Position numbers and translations under genes: made by a program. Below, one piece after another: positions 47,232-57,939 of a stretch of DNA of 64,000 nucleotides. The stretch is taken from NCBI GenBank assembly GCA_965199935.1, contig CBDATD010000001.1, positions 235,097 through 299,096 of the forward strand. Direction: 5' to 3'. The notes beneath the pieces were generated by a model, which did not search any database, had not been told where the DNA came from, and worked only from the letters and a program-made list of their open reading frames with translations. The first letter of the stretch is position 1; every line of letters begins with the position of its first letter. The DNA is from Bdellovibrionales bacterium. Lineage in GTDB: Bacteria > Bdellovibrionota > Bdellovibrionia > Bdellovibrionales > UBA1609.

Positions 47232-48239
47232 ATGTATAAAATACTATTGATTTTTTTTATCCCTTTTGTTTTTGCCTCTGCGGAGGATCCTCCCATCCTT
47301 ATCAACGGAGCCGGCGCCACTTTCCCCTACATACTATATTCCAAATGGTTTCATGAATATGCCAAAATCAACACGGCGGCAAAAATTAACTACCGTTCTA
47401 TTGGAAGCGGCGGCGGCATTCGACAGTTGATTAAAGGCACATTGGATTTTGGAGCTTCAGACGTCCCCATGAAAGAACAAGAAATAAAAAAAAGCAGGAA
47501 GCTTATTCTACACATTCCAACAACATTGAGCGCTGTTATTTTAACCTACAACCTCAACAATATAACAAAACCTCTCCGTTTGACTTCTGCTGTTATCGCC
47601 CAGATTTTTGATGGACGCATTAAGAAATGGGACAACCCTCAGCTGACAGCCTTAAACAAAGACATACCTCTGCCCTCTCAAGATATTGTGGTGGTTTACC
47701 GTGCAGATGGAAGCGGCACCACTGCCGTATTCACAGATTATTTAGCTAAAACACAAAAGGACTGGACTGTTGGGCATGGAAAATCAGTGAACTGGCCTGT
47801 GGGGGTTGGAGGAAAAGGCAATGAGGGTGTTTTAGGCCTCGTTCAAAAAACACCCGGAGCTTTAGCCTACATAGGAATGGGGTATGCCATGAACCAAAAA
47901 CTTCCCATGGCCTACGTCAAAAATGGAGCCGGACAGTTTATCCTCCCCAGTGCATCCTCCGTACAAGAGGCTGCAAAGGATATAGGCCCTAGACAATCTT
48001 ACATGAAACCTATTGTCAACTCTCAAAGAAAAAAAGCCTACCCGCTCTCATCTCTTTCCTACTTGCTCGTATATAAAGAAATGGAAGAGTCTGTAGGGAG
48101 CGTTATCACCCGCTTTATTCAGTGGGCTTTAACGGATGGACAAAAATTTTCCTCTCAGCTTTATTACGTGCCTTTGCCGGACAACGTGGCTGTACAGGCG
48201 CAAAAAACCGCCCAAAACATTCAACTCTACAAAAAATGA
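47232..48239 (+). CDS. pstS: Phosphate ABC transporter substrate-binding protein
   Basis: It has the signal peptide MYKILLIFFIPFVFASA and GAGATFPYILYSKW.. / ..RADGSGTT.. motifs. Confidence 0.9.
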   Translation: MYKILLIFFIPFVFASAEDPPILINGAGATFPYILYSKWFHEYAKINTAAKINYRSIGSGGGIRQLIKGTLDFGASDVPMKEQEIKKSRKLILHIPTTLSAVILTYNLNNITKPLRLTSAVIAQIFDGRIKKWDNPQLTALNKDIPLPSQDIVVVYRADGSGTTAVFTDYLAKTQKDWTVGHGKSVNWPVGVGGKGNEGVLGLVQKTPGALAYIGMGYAMNQKLPMAYVKNGAGQFILPSASSVQEAAKDIGPRQSYMKPIVNSQRKKAYPLSSLSYLLVYKEMEESVGSVITRFIQWALTDGQKFSSQLYYVPLPDNVAVQAQKTAQNIQLYKK

Positions 48240-49192
48240 CTTTCTCTAAATTATTCCATTCTTACCAGAGAAAAAAAGATATTCATATCAGCGACCGGTT
48301 GTTTTTCCATATACTTCAAACTCTGGCAGTATTGACACTTGCAGTTTTTTCCGGTTTGGTTTTACTGGTTTTTTTAGAGTCACTGCCGGCTTTGAAAAAA
48401 TTTGGAATATCCTTTTTTTTTAATTCTGATTGGGACAGCCCTAAAGAAAAGTTTGGCGCTTTAGCAATGATGTGGGGAACTTTTGCTTCTTCTATTTTAG
48501 CTTTGCTCATCGCCGCACCCATTAGTATCGGGGTGGCTTTATTTTTAAATGAATTGGCTCCTGTATGGCTGGCCAAGCCTCTCAACTTTTGTCTGGAAAT
48601 GTTGGCCGCTATTCCCTCTATTGTCTATGGGCTGTGGGGGCTTTTTGTATTGACCCCCGTACTGCGAAGCCCTGTTCAAGAATTCCTCAGCAAATATTTT
48701 TCTTTCCTGCCCTTCTTCACAGGCCCGCAATACGGCATTGGAATGCTCGCCGCCGCTGTAATTCTAGCCATCATGATTATCCCCACTATTTCATCCATCT
48801 GCAAAGAAGTCTTTCGCTCCATTCCCAACTCTCATAAGGAAGCTGTCTTAGGCATTGGAGCCACCCGATGGGAAATGCTTAAAACAGCTGTGATTACTGG
48901 AGGGAAAAACGGCATCATCGGCGCCTGCATCATGGGTTTGGGCAGGGCTTTGGGGGAGACAATGGCTGTCACTATGGTGATCGGAAACAAACCTTCTCTC
49001 AGCCTGTCTTTGTTTGAACCTGCACAAACCATGGCCAGTATTTTGGCCAATCAATATGCAGAAGCAGACTCTGCTCTGCACCTCTCTTCTCTGACAGCTG
49101 TGGCATTGGCTTTGTTCATTATTTCTCTTATTGTCAATTCTTCATCTTTTCTGCTTGTGTGGAACACCCAAAAAAAATTTTCCAGAGGTTGA
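48236..49192 (+). CDS. pstC: Phosphate ABC transporter permease PstC
   Basis: ATG 48236 overlaps the pstS stop (ATGA). The protein is polytopic with an EAA-like loop (..GLGRALGETMAVTMVIGN..). Confidence 0.85.
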   Translation: MTFSKLFHSYQRKKDIHISDRLFFHILQTLAVLTLAVFSGLVLLVFLESLPALKKFGISFFFNSDWDSPKEKFGALAMMWGTFASSILALLIAAPISIGVALFLNELAPVWLAKPLNFCLEMLAAIPSIVYGLWGLFVLTPVLRSPVQEFLSKYFSFLPFFTGPQYGIGMLAAAVILAIMIIPTISSICKEVFRSIPNSHKEAVLGIGATRWEMLKTAVITGGKNGIIGACIMGLGRALGETMAVTMVIGNKPSLSLSLFEPAQTMASILANQYAEADSALHLSSLTAVALALFIISLIVNSSSFLLVWNTQKKFSRG

Positions 49193-49195
49193 CAG

Positions 49196-50059
49196 TTGAA
49201 TGAATTAACTCCCACTTATAGAGACCATTACAGAAAATATTTCAGCGCCTTCATGATGGTTCTTTTAGCGCTCTTAGCTTTGACAGCTTTAGCTCCTTTT
49301 ACCGCCATCTCTTTTTTTATTATACAAAAGGGCTGGCACGGCCTAAGTTTGAGTTTTTTTACTGAAATTCCAGCTCCTCCCTCTGAGGGAGGGGGAGGCA
49401 TGGGCAACGCTCTTCTGGGGAGTGCTGTTATCGTCGGCATGGCCGGCCTTATTGGGGTTCCCTGGGGGCTCGGCGCCGGGATATTTATGAGCGAATACCC
49501 CAGCCAAAGATTAGGACGCATTCTGCATTTCATAATAGATCTTCTCACAACGGTCCCCTCTATTGTTGTGGGCATCTTTATTTATCATTTAGTCGTGGTT
49601 CACTATGGCTTTTCAGCATTTGCAGGAGCCTTAGCCTTAGCCGTGATCATGCTTCCCATCGTCGCTAAAAGCACAGAAGAAATTTTGAGATTGGTGCCTC
49701 ACCACATTCGTGAAGCCGGTCTTGCGCTGGGGCTTCCTCGATGGAGAATGATTGTGAATATTCTAATTCCTGGAACGCACTCTATGCTGATAACCGGGGT
49801 GATTTTAGCTGTGGCCCGCATCGCCGGTGAAACCGCTCCACTCCTCTTCACCTCCTTAGGCAACCAGTTTTATGCGCAAAACCTGAGCGAACCCACATCG
49901 ACCCTGCCGGTGCAAATTTATGAATTTGCAAAAAGCGGCTTTCAAACATTGGAAGATCTCGCTTGGAGCGGGGCTCTCGTGCTAATTGTATTTGTGTTCC
50001 TGGTGAATTTATCAGTGCGGTCTGCATTGTTTCTTTACCAGAAAAGGATGGAAAGATGA
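49196..50059 (+). CDS. pstA: Phosphate ABC transporter permease PstA
   Basis: 287 aa with a TTG start. It has ..VARIAGETAPLLFTS.. and a stop that overlaps the pstB start. Confidence 0.85.
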   Translation: MNELTPTYRDHYRKYFSAFMMVLLALLALTALAPFTAISFFIIQKGWHGLSLSFFTEIPAPPSEGGGGMGNALLGSAVIVGMAGLIGVPWGLGAGIFMSEYPSQRLGRILHFIIDLLTTVPSIVVGIFIYHLVVVHYGFSAFAGALALAVIMLPIVAKSTEEILRLVPHHIREAGLALGLPRWRMIVNILIPGTHSMLITGVILAVARIAGETAPLLFTSLGNQFYAQNLSEPTSTLPVQIYEFAKSGFQTLEDLAWSGALVLIVFVFLVNLSVRSALFLYQKRMER

Positions 50060-50819
50060 ATACCGAGACCTTGCTGGAGACAAAACACCTCAAAGCTTAT
50101 TTTTCTTCAACACTTGTTCTAAAAAACATTAATTTGAATGTTTCAACAAATAAAGTTGTCGCTCTTATTGGACCTTCCGGCTGCGGAAAATCCACTTTCA
50201 TCCGCTGCCTCAACCGTATGCATGAAGAAACTCCTGAGGCTCATGTTGAAGGAGAAGTTGTTTTAAATAAGAAAAATATTTATGATCCCTCCTCAGACCC
50301 TGTTCTGATCCGAAGAAAAGTGGGCATGGTTTTTCAAAAGCCCAATCCTTTTCCCGGTATGAGTATTTTTGATAATGTGGCCTTGGGCCTTCGGCTTTTG
50401 GGAGTGAAAAAACGATCTGCTCTTGAGAAAAAGTCCATACTTCTTTGGCCCAAGCCGCTCTTTGGAGCGAGGTTAAAGATATTTTAAAAAGACCCGGAAC
50501 CAGCCTTTCCGGAGGACAACAGCAAAGACTTTGCATCGCCCGCACTTTAGCCACAACCCCCTCCATTATTTTAATGGACGAACCCACTTCTGCTTTAGAT
50601 CCAGTTTCCACAATGCGTATTGAAGAATTAATCCGGCGTCTCGTGAAAACCGTCACAGTCATCATTGTCACCCACAATATGCAGCAAGCTTCGAGAATAT
50701 CCGATCACACGGCTTTTCTGCTCAATGGTGAGTTAGTAGAGTATAAAAAAACATCCCGGCTGTTCACCAATCCGTCTGATCCCCGCACAGAACAGTACAT
50801 TACAGGACGCTTTGGTTAA
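50056..50819 (+). pseudogene. pstB: Phosphate ABC transporter ATPase PstB, frameshifted as assembled
   Basis: It has Walker A GPSGCGKST in the first frame. [16 protein letters not shown] and [12 protein letters not shown] are in the second. The frames join with 1 nt at the A5 run 50428-50432. Confidence 0.85.
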
Positions 50820-50852
50820 ATAGACTTGCAGTTAAAAAATCATAGTGCCAGA

Positions 50853-51554
50853 ATGGAAAATATGAAAGCAAAAAAACAAAATCTGACTCGTTTTCGAAGC
50901 CGGTTGGATGAACAGCTGAGTAAAATGAAGTCTCTAGCCCATGCCATGGGGGAATGTGTGGAGCAGACCATTTCTGACACTCAAGAGATTGTTTTCGGAA
51001 AAACAGACATTGAAGAAAAATTGATTTCCATTAAAAAGAGAGAAGAGAACATCAATAATCTGCAGCTCAAACTCTCTAAAGCCTGCTTTCGAGCTTTGGC
51101 GAGGCAGGCTCCTGTGGCCAAAGATCTTCGCCTTATTCTCACCTGCCTGTATGCCAATACAGATCTGGAAAGAATGGGGGATCTCGCAATCAATATTGCT
51201 CACAGAACAAAAAAAATGGACACAGACCCCGCTCTAGACCCTTGCTACTCTACCTTAGAGAAAATGTTTTCTGCCTCCATCCAAATGGTTCGACTCTCAC
51301 TGGAATCATTTATGAAAGAAGATACAACTGCCGCTAAAAATGTTCTGGAAATGGATGACGTAGTGGATTCCTGCCAAACACAAATTAAAGAAAAATCTAA
51401 AAAAATCATGAAGGATCATCCTCATTTGATTCCCACAGGAGTAGAGTTTATCAGCGTCGGCAACGGCTTGGAAAGAATCGCAGACCATTCCACAAACATC
51501 GCAGAAGAGATTATTTTTCTACAAACAGGATACGACATTCGACATGGCCATTGA
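50853..51554 (+). CDS. phoU: Phosphate signalling complex protein PhoU
   Basis: It has two PhoU repeats (..DLERMGDLAINIA.., ..GLERIADHSTNIAEEI..) and lies directly after pstB. Confidence 0.85.
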   Translation: MENMKAKKQNLTRFRSRLDEQLSKMKSLAHAMGECVEQTISDTQEIVFGKTDIEEKLISIKKREENINNLQLKLSKACFRALARQAPVAKDLRLILTCLYANTDLERMGDLAINIAHRTKKMDTDPALDPCYSTLEKMFSASIQMVRLSLESFMKEDTTAAKNVLEMDDVVDSCQTQIKEKSKKIMKDHPHLIPTGVEFISVGNGLERIADHSTNIAEEIIFLQTGYDIRHGH

Positions 51555-52254
51555 TCCCTCCCGCATACTGGTTGTTGAAGACGAGCAGGACATCCGCCAG
51601 CTGATGTGTTTGCATCTCAAACGCAAAGGCTGTGAAGTTCACACAGCGGTCAATGGAAGCGAAGCTCACGAAATACTGAAGCAAAACTCTTTTGATTTGA
51701 TTATCTTGGATTGGATGCTTCCAGGCATGAGCGGTTTAGAGCTTTTGTCATGGATTCGAAATCAACCTCTCCCCTTGAAAATCACTCCTATTTTATTTGT
51801 CACTGCCAAGTCAGAACCGGAAAATATTGTGAAAGCCCTGCAAACTGGGGCGGATGACTACCTAGTTAAGCCCTTTGATCTGCGTGTGCTGATGGCTCGC
51901 GTTTCCAGCCTGCTTCGCAGACATGAAATACAGCATTTGGAAAAATCAAATGCTCCGTCTCAACTAACTATTGGAAATTTAACTTTGGATCGAGAAGCTC
52001 ATAAGGTGTTTCTTCAAAATCAAGAAATTTCTCTAACTTTATCAGAGTTCCTGCTCTTGGAGACACTGTTGAAAAATCAGGGTAAAGTTCTTTCCAGACA
52101 ACAGCTGGCCTCCCACATTCAAGGGGAAGAAACGAATGTCACAAGCCGCACGATCGACACTCATACGTCTATTTTGAGAAAAAAAATAGGAGATTACGGA
52201 AAGCTTATTGAAACGGTCCGAGGTGTAGGGTACCGTATTGGCTACCTAAAGTAA
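51544..52254 (+). CDS. phoB: OmpR-family response regulator (PhoB-like)
   Basis: 236 aa. It has receiver motifs (ILVVEDE.., DLIILDWMLPG, ..KPF) and a winged-helix C-terminus (..TIDTHTSILRKKI..VRGVGYR). The symbol is by context. Confidence 0.75.
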   Translation: MAIDPSRILVVEDEQDIRQLMCLHLKRKGCEVHTAVNGSEAHEILKQNSFDLIILDWMLPGMSGLELLSWIRNQPLPLKITPILFVTAKSEPENIVKALQTGADDYLVKPFDLRVLMARVSSLLRRHEIQHLEKSNAPSQLTIGNLTLDREAHKVFLQNQEISLTLSEFLLLETLLKNQGKVLSRQQLASHIQGEETNVTSRTIDTHTSILRKKIGDYGKLIETVRGVGYRIGYLK

Positions 52255-52261
52255 CAAAAAT

Positions 52262-53693
52262 ATGAGCAAGAAGTTTCCTTTTTCTTTATTGATATGGGTT
52301 TTAAAAAAATACTCCATCATATCTATCGCCGGTTTCATTATTTATTCTGCACTCTTGTGGTTCATTGCAAACACAATCCTCCCAATTATTCCAAAAGAAT
52401 TTCTTTTGTATTTCATTCTACTGCTCCTTCTCTTAGGCTTTGTTTTGAGTTTGTCTTTGGGTGTTTTAGCGTCCCTTCTGTATCTCAAAGCCTTTAATGA
52501 CAGTCATACAAAAAATAGAACACATTGCCCGCATCTCCAATCCAGAGAACACCTCAACAAATCACACATCTTTATTTAAAAAAGAAAAGACAGCCCTCCT
52601 GCCTGGGGAGTTTTATGATCTTAATAAAAACCTTGATTTGATTTATAAAAACATCCAACAAACCAGTGTTCATTTGATACGCGAAAAGGCAGAGCTTGAG
52701 GCCATCGCAGGCTCTGTTTCTGATGCAATTGTGGCGATTGATTCTCAAAAGAAAATTATTTTTTCCAACCCGCAAAGCATCAGCTTATTTCCAATGATAA
52801 AACCTCAAGCAGACATCCATGAAGTGGTCAGCAGCAAAGAGATCTTAGAAAATTTGGAAAAATGTCTGAAATCGGGAGAAGCCTTCAACTGGGATCTCAC
52901 TTTAAACATAGGCGAGTATCAAGCTCCCCGCATTTTTGAAATTTCTATTTCACCTCTTGTGCATATTCAAAGCCAATCAAGCGGAGCTGTGATTGTGTTT
53001 TTTGATAAAACTGAAATTAAAAATACGGAGAAAAGCCACATTGATTTTGTATCCAATGTATCGCATGAGCTGAAAACTCCTCTGACATCCATTAAAGGAT
53101 TTTTAGAAACAATGCACACTGACTTGAAGGAAAAAAAGTATGATCAAATTAGTAATTTCCTCAATGTTGTCAGCAACAACACCACCCGATTGATTGAATT
53201 GATTGACGACCTGCTCAGCCTCTCTCATATTGATTCTATTTCTCATCTCAACAAGCAGGAGGTGAACACCAGAGAAATCACTGCTGTATCCTGTGAGACA
53301 ATCCCTATGGACAAACATAAAATTAATTATATTTTTAAAGCAGATACAGTGCTGGCCTCCCGCCAGTGGCTGGAGCAAGTGCTTTACAATCTGGTTTATA
53401 ATGCGGTTAAGTACACGCCTCTGGGTTCCGAAATTGACATCATTTGGGAAAAACATCCGCATTTTATTTTACTCACAGTGAAAGACAGCGGTGAAGGTAT
53501 TCCCTTGCGTCATCAGCACCGGATTTTTGAAAGATTTTATCGTGTGGAGGAGGACCGCTCTCGTGAAAAAGGCGGGACAGGCATTGGTTTGGCCATTGTC
53601 AAGCAAGTGATGGAAAAACACGGCGGTCACGTTTATCTCACCAGCCGAAGACGCGGCAAGGGAGCCAAATTCACCTGCACTTTCCCCCGCTGA
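52262..53693 (+). pseudogene. phoR: Sensor histidine kinase (PhoR-like). The TM N-terminus and kinase body are in different frames
   Basis: ORF 52262-52579 gives two TM helices. ORF 52497-53693 gives PAS-like + HisKA (SHELKTPLTSI) + HATPase (DSGEGIP, GGTGIGLAIV). The kinase frame is closed upstream by TAG just before 52466, so any shift lies at ~52466-52497. Two separate genes cannot be excluded. Confidence 0.65.
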
Positions 53694-53702
53694 AGAAGCC
53701 GG

Positions 53703-54665
53703 CTAAGGGAGATGTTTCTGGATGAGGCTTAGAATTTTTTCTTTCGAATAATCTTTCACAGAGGCCCCCGCGGAATGCTCATGCCCTCCTCCTCCCATAT
53801 CTTCCGCCAGTTTGGAGACGGAAACAGACTGCTTGCTTCTAAAGCTGAGTTTGTATTCGCCTGGTTTTTTTTCAATACTCACAAAACCCACCAGCACGGA
53901 TTTTTTCTTCATCACTAAATCCAATGCGTCCAAAATATGAAAAACACTGAGGCCGAGCTTTTTAAAAGACTCATAATCACATTCAATAAAGGCTGTCTTT
54001 TGATCACCGCTGTACTGCACCCGATTCAACAAATGAATCACACCCTCCCAGGCTTTTTGGTCATAACGGCAAAAAAGCTCTTCATAAATTTGATTCACAT
54101 CCACCTGACCGCAAAGTTTTGAACACGTGTAAAAAGCCCCTGATAAATTTTTTGAACTGCGGAACATTCCTGTATCAAAAATAATACTTATATAAAGGAC
54201 ACGGGCTGCCTCCGGGGTCACAGAGACTTTCATCTTTTCAAATAGAGAATGGCAAAGTTCTCCCGTACTCGCCGCATTTTCATCCAAAAACACATTTATT
54301 TCTTTTGTCGAAGAGAGAGGCGAGTGATGGTCAATAAAAATCTGCGTCTTTGTTTTGCGCTGTAATTCGGAGTACAAAGGCTCCACCAGCCGGGGGTCAT
54401 TGGTATCAAAAATAAGAGCTGTATCTGCCGGCTGCACCCGGTTTTTTTGATACACAGAAACAAAACCCTGATAATTCATAAAATCATAGCGTTTGGAAAT
54501 TTCATCCACCGCCAAAGACTGCACCTGCTTGCCCTGTTTTGTCAAAACATGGTGAAAAGCTAAAACAGAACCCAAGCCGTCTGCATCACAGTTCTTATGC
54601 GTGGTGAGGACAAAAGATTGAGATTGAAGAATTTTCTCAGACAGCAATTGTTTATTAAAATCCAT
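53703..54665 (-). CDS. nrnA: DHH/DHHA1 phosphoesterase (NrnA-like oligoribonuclease/pAp phosphatase)
   Basis: 320 aa. It has NCDADGLGS, the DHH motif (FIDHHS) and DHHA1 GGGGHEHSAG. Confidence 0.75.
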   Translation of the reverse strand: MDFNKQLLSEKILQSQSFVLTTHKNCDADGLGSVLAFHHVLTKQGKQVQSLAVDEISKRYDFMNYQGFVSVYQKNRVQPADTALIFDTNDPRLVEPLYSELQRKTKTQIFIDHHSPLSSTKEINVFLDENAASTGELCHSLFEKMKVSVTPEAARVLYISIIFDTGMFRSSKNLSGAFYTCSKLCGQVDVNQIYEELFCRYDQKAWEGVIHLLNRVQYSGDQKTAFIECDYESFKKLGLSVFHILDALDLVMKKKSVLVGFVSIEKKPGEYKLSFRSKQSVSVSKLAEDMGGGGHEHSAGASVKDYSKEKILSLIQKHLP

Positions 54666-54678
54666 TAAATTCCTTCAT

Positions 54679-56031
54679 TTAAAGCTGAACCTCAAATAAA
54701 TTTAAGCCTAATTGTGCTATGGCTAAAAAGGCAAAAAAACCAAAAATATCTGTAATCATTGTGACCAGAACTCCACTCCCGGCCGCAGGATCTCTCTTGA
54801 AAAGGCTGAGTATGATAGGCACCACAGAGCCTGCAAAAACAGCCATTAAACAATTGAGAACCATAGCTATACAAATGACTGCAGAAACCAAAAAACTTTC
54901 TTTCCATAAGTAAGTGATCACCCCGGCACTGAGCCCCATCACAACCCCCATCACCAAACCCACAATAAGCTCTTTAAACAAAGAGGCAGAAAAAGGAGTA
55001 AAACGAAAATCTCCCACAGCCATCCCGCGGGTGGTCACCGTCAAAGTCTGTATCGCTGTATTGCCTCCCATGCTGGCCGCAATATTTTTTAAACTCGCTA
55101 AAATAATCAAACGGCTCATCGTTTCTTCAAACAGTGAAATAACAGAGCTGGCCGTCACTGCTAAAACAAGATTTAAAAACATCCAAGGAAGACGATTTTT
55201 AATACTCATCCATGGGCTGGAATGCACCTTCTCTTCTGTTTGCAGACCCGCCCTGGCATAAATGTTCGCCGTGTTTTGCTCTTGTATAATATCAATAATA
55301 TCTTCCATAGTAATAAGCCCTAAAAGTTTTTGATCTTTATTCACCACAGGCAAAGCTAAAAAATCATAGTGGGCGGCCACCTTCGCCGCATCCCTTGTTG
55401 AAATATTATCATGTACGTAAATCACCTCTTTTTTCATTAGTTTTTCCAAAGGAGTATCCGCTGGAGCCGTCGCCGCCTGTCTCATGGAGACAACGCCGAT
55501 CAGCTTCCCTTGATCATCTGTACAGTAAATGTAAAAAATAAACTCTTCAAGAGACCGCTCTCTTAATTTTCTAATACTGTCAACAGCGCTCATTTGAACC
55601 GGCAGGGCAAAGACGGGTGTTCGCATAATGCGTCCTGCCTGGTTTTCAGAATATTTCAAAAATTTTTCAATTTGCTCTCTGCGGGGAGAGCGGGCTAAAA
55701 TCTCCTCCTGCTTTTCAGAGTCTATAAATTTCAGCAGATAAATAAGATCGTCCATTTGAGCGGAAGTAAAAAGGCTGTCTATTTGCGCTTCAGGCATACC
55801 CCTCAGCAAGGGAATAAGTTTATCAGAAGGCATTTCTTCTAAAACAGAGCCCAATTTTTGTATTTCAATAAGAACAGAAATAATTTGGGAGGTGTATTGA
55901 TCCTCATGAGACAGGAAAGAGGCTGCATCCGCCGATTCCATTTTCACCAACAGGGACTTAGGGCTGATTTGATTTGCCAGGGCCTGCTTCAAATCGAAAA
56001 ATTGTCTTTTTATTCTATTTGTATTTCTCAT
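54679..56031 (-). CDS. mgtE: Magnesium transporter MgtE
   Basis: 450 aa. It has an MgtE_N region, tandem CBS domains and a C-terminal 5-TM domain (..GNTAIQTLTV.., ..DPAAGSGVLVTMITD..). Confidence 0.85.
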   Translation of the reverse strand: MRNTNRIKRQFFDLKQALANQISPKSLLVKMESADAASFLSHEDQYTSQIISVLIEIQKLGSVLEEMPSDKLIPLLRGMPEAQIDSLFTSAQMDDLIYLLKFIDSEKQEEILARSPRREQIEKFLKYSENQAGRIMRTPVFALPVQMSAVDSIRKLRERSLEEFIFYIYCTDDQGKLIGVVSMRQAATAPADTPLEKLMKKEVIYVHDNISTRDAAKVAAHYDFLALPVVNKDQKLLGLITMEDIIDIIQEQNTANIYARAGLQTEEKVHSSPWMSIKNRLPWMFLNLVLAVTASSVISLFEETMSRLIILASLKNIAASMGGNTAIQTLTVTTRGMAVGDFRFTPFSASLFKELIVGLVMGVVMGLSAGVITYLWKESFLVSAVICIAMVLNCLMAVFAGSVVPIILSLFKRDPAAGSGVLVTMITDIFGFFAFLAIAQLGLNLFEVQL

Positions 56032-56150
56032 ACTACTTCGTGTATTCTATTGAAAGTTAAGGCAACAGCATTTCGTTGTCACATTTTAAAATACTTTCAT
56101 GGTTGCATGAAAGAAAGTTTTTAAACAGTCTTTTTTCGGAGAAATTAGAA

Positions 56151-56624
56151 TTGACGTCCAGAAGACCTATGACTGTGCATGGCAAAGCTCAGCTCGAAAA
56201 AGAACTTAAACACCTCATTGAGGTCAGAAGACCACAAGTCATAAAAGCTATTGAGGAAGCTCGAGGCCACGGTGATTTGAGTGAAAATGCAGACTATGAC
56301 GCCGCTAAAGAACAACAAGCTTTAACGGAAGCCCGCATCTCAGAAATTTCAGACAAAATTGCCAATGCTGAAGTCATAGATACTTCCAAGCTCAAATCAG
56401 ACAAAATCATCTTTGGAGCCTGTGTTTCTTTAGAAGATGAAAACGGCGGCAAAAGCAGCTATCAAATTGTTGGTGAAGACGAGTCGGATATCAGCCAAAA
56501 AAAAATATCCATTAATTCTCCTTTAGCCCGAAACCTCATCGGAAAGAAAAAAAATGAAAGCTTTGAGTTTCGAAGCCCTAAAGGAGAACAGTTTTACACA
56601 ATCACTGATTTTTATTTCAAATAA
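56151..56624 (+). CDS. greA: Transcription elongation factor GreA
   Basis: A TTG start gives (M)TSRRPMTVHGKAQLEKELKHL..RGHGDLSENADYDAAKEQQ... This has the canonical GreA N-terminal coiled coil and C-terminal domain. Confidence 0.85.
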   Translation: MTSRRPMTVHGKAQLEKELKHLIEVRRPQVIKAIEEARGHGDLSENADYDAAKEQQALTEARISEISDKIANAEVIDTSKLKSDKIIFGACVSLEDENGGKSSYQIVGEDESDISQKKISINSPLARNLIGKKKNESFEFRSPKGEQFYTITDFYFK

Positions 56625-57714
56625 GATGTTCAGGAAAATGAGCAGGAGCCTCTAGAGGCGGTTCTTCTTTTGGAAAAAACTTTCGAGTCAAAGAACTCCT
56701 AAGGAGGCTGTCCAATCTGCCGCTTAATTTATCCGTCCAATTTTTTTGAAGAGACAATTCCACTTTAAAGACCCTCTTGTTATCCATCAACAGCTGTGCA
56801 ATGTAATCATCACTGGTGGAAATTTGATCTATGAGATTTAATTCTTTGGCCCGAACGCCATACCAATACTCCCCTGTAGAAACCTTATCAATATCTAAAG
56901 AAGGTCTGTGAGAATGAACGTGTTCTTTAAATAATTTATGCATATCTTCAACATCCTGCAGCTGCTTAGCTTTCCCCTTCTCCGAAACCTCGCCAAACAG
57001 ACTAATTGTTCTTTTGTGTTCGCCGGCTGTCAGCTGAATATAGTCAATGTCCTTGCTTTTTAAAAAGCGGTGCAGATTGGGCAGTTGAAAGACCACACCG
57101 ATAGAACCCACAATGGCGAAAGGGGCCGCCAAAATCTTATCCGCCACACAAGCCATCATATAACCGCCGCTGGCCGCTACCTTATCTATACAGACCGTGA
57201 GGGGAAGCTTGCGGTCTTTAATTCTTTTCAGCTGACTGGCCGACAAACCGTAGCCGTGCACCACTCCTCCAGGACTTTCAATGCGTACAATCACCTCATC
57301 TTTTTTTGGATCTGCAACTTTTAAAAGAGTGGAAACTTCATCTCTGAGTTTTTCCACTTGAGAGGCTTTAATGTCTCCTTTGAAATCTAAAAGAAAAGCC
57401 ACAGGACCATAGATATTTTTCTTTTCCTGATCTTGTCTTTTCTTATTCAGTTTTTTAGCTAAACTTTCAAAAGTTTTTTTTCCTGTTGTGACTTTCTTCA
57501 CCTGTAAATAATAAGATTCCAACTGTTTTCCTAAATCTTCTACTTTGATTTGTTTCTTTTGTTTTTTATCAGGTTTTTTAATGAAGCGCACCAACACTCC
57601 AAGAACTGCAATGACGGCTAAAGCAATAATTAAAACTTTTGCAATCCAGATTAAAGATGCTGTAAACGTCTTGCCTAAAACCATTAAAATATTAACAACA
57701 TCACCCATACTCAT
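56617..57714 (-). CDS. sohB: S49 family peptidase (SohB/SppA-like)
   Basis: 365 aa. It has an N-terminal TM and ..SPGGVVHGYG.. / ..VAASGGYMMA.. ClpP-fold motifs. Confidence 0.75.
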   Translation of the reverse strand: MSMGDVVNILMVLGKTFTASLIWIAKVLIIALAVIAVLGVLVRFIKKPDKKQKKQIKVEDLGKQLESYYLQVKKVTTGKKTFESLAKKLNKKRQDQEKKNIYGPVAFLLDFKGDIKASQVEKLRDEVSTLLKVADPKKDEVIVRIESPGGVVHGYGLSASQLKRIKDRKLPLTVCIDKVAASGGYMMACVADKILAAPFAIVGSIGVVFQLPNLHRFLKSKDIDYIQLTAGEHKRTISLFGEVSEKGKAKQLQDVEDMHKLFKEHVHSHRPSLDIDKVSTGEYWYGVRAKELNLIDQISTSDDYIAQLLMDNKRVFKVELSLQKNWTDKLSGRLDSLLRSSLTRKFFPKEEPPLEAPAHFPEHLI

Positions 57715-57939
57715 AGGCAGGATCCCTTCATTTCAAGACGTTGAATGCAAAATCAAAAAAAGCCCGGTATCAAAAGACCTGATATTTTGCACCACAAACT
57801 CATATAAAATCCATTCCCTGCTGTCAAGCACAGGGTTGGAGGCAGACTCACAAGCGGCCGCCCCTTGTGAAAACGGGGGTTCAGCCTCTTTTTTTCTGTT
57901 GTGGACTTTCTGCGCCGACTCCCTTACTCTGGACAAAGC

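Noticed and set aside
15716-50432. The homopolymer frameshifts could be programmed frameshifting or phase variation of housekeeping genes.
   Set aside because: The affected genes (purE, purM, der, pstB) have no precedent for such control. The runs are short (3-9 nt) and lack slippery-site or stimulator structures. They are kept as a finding only because the artefact-versus-decay question matters for interpreting the island.
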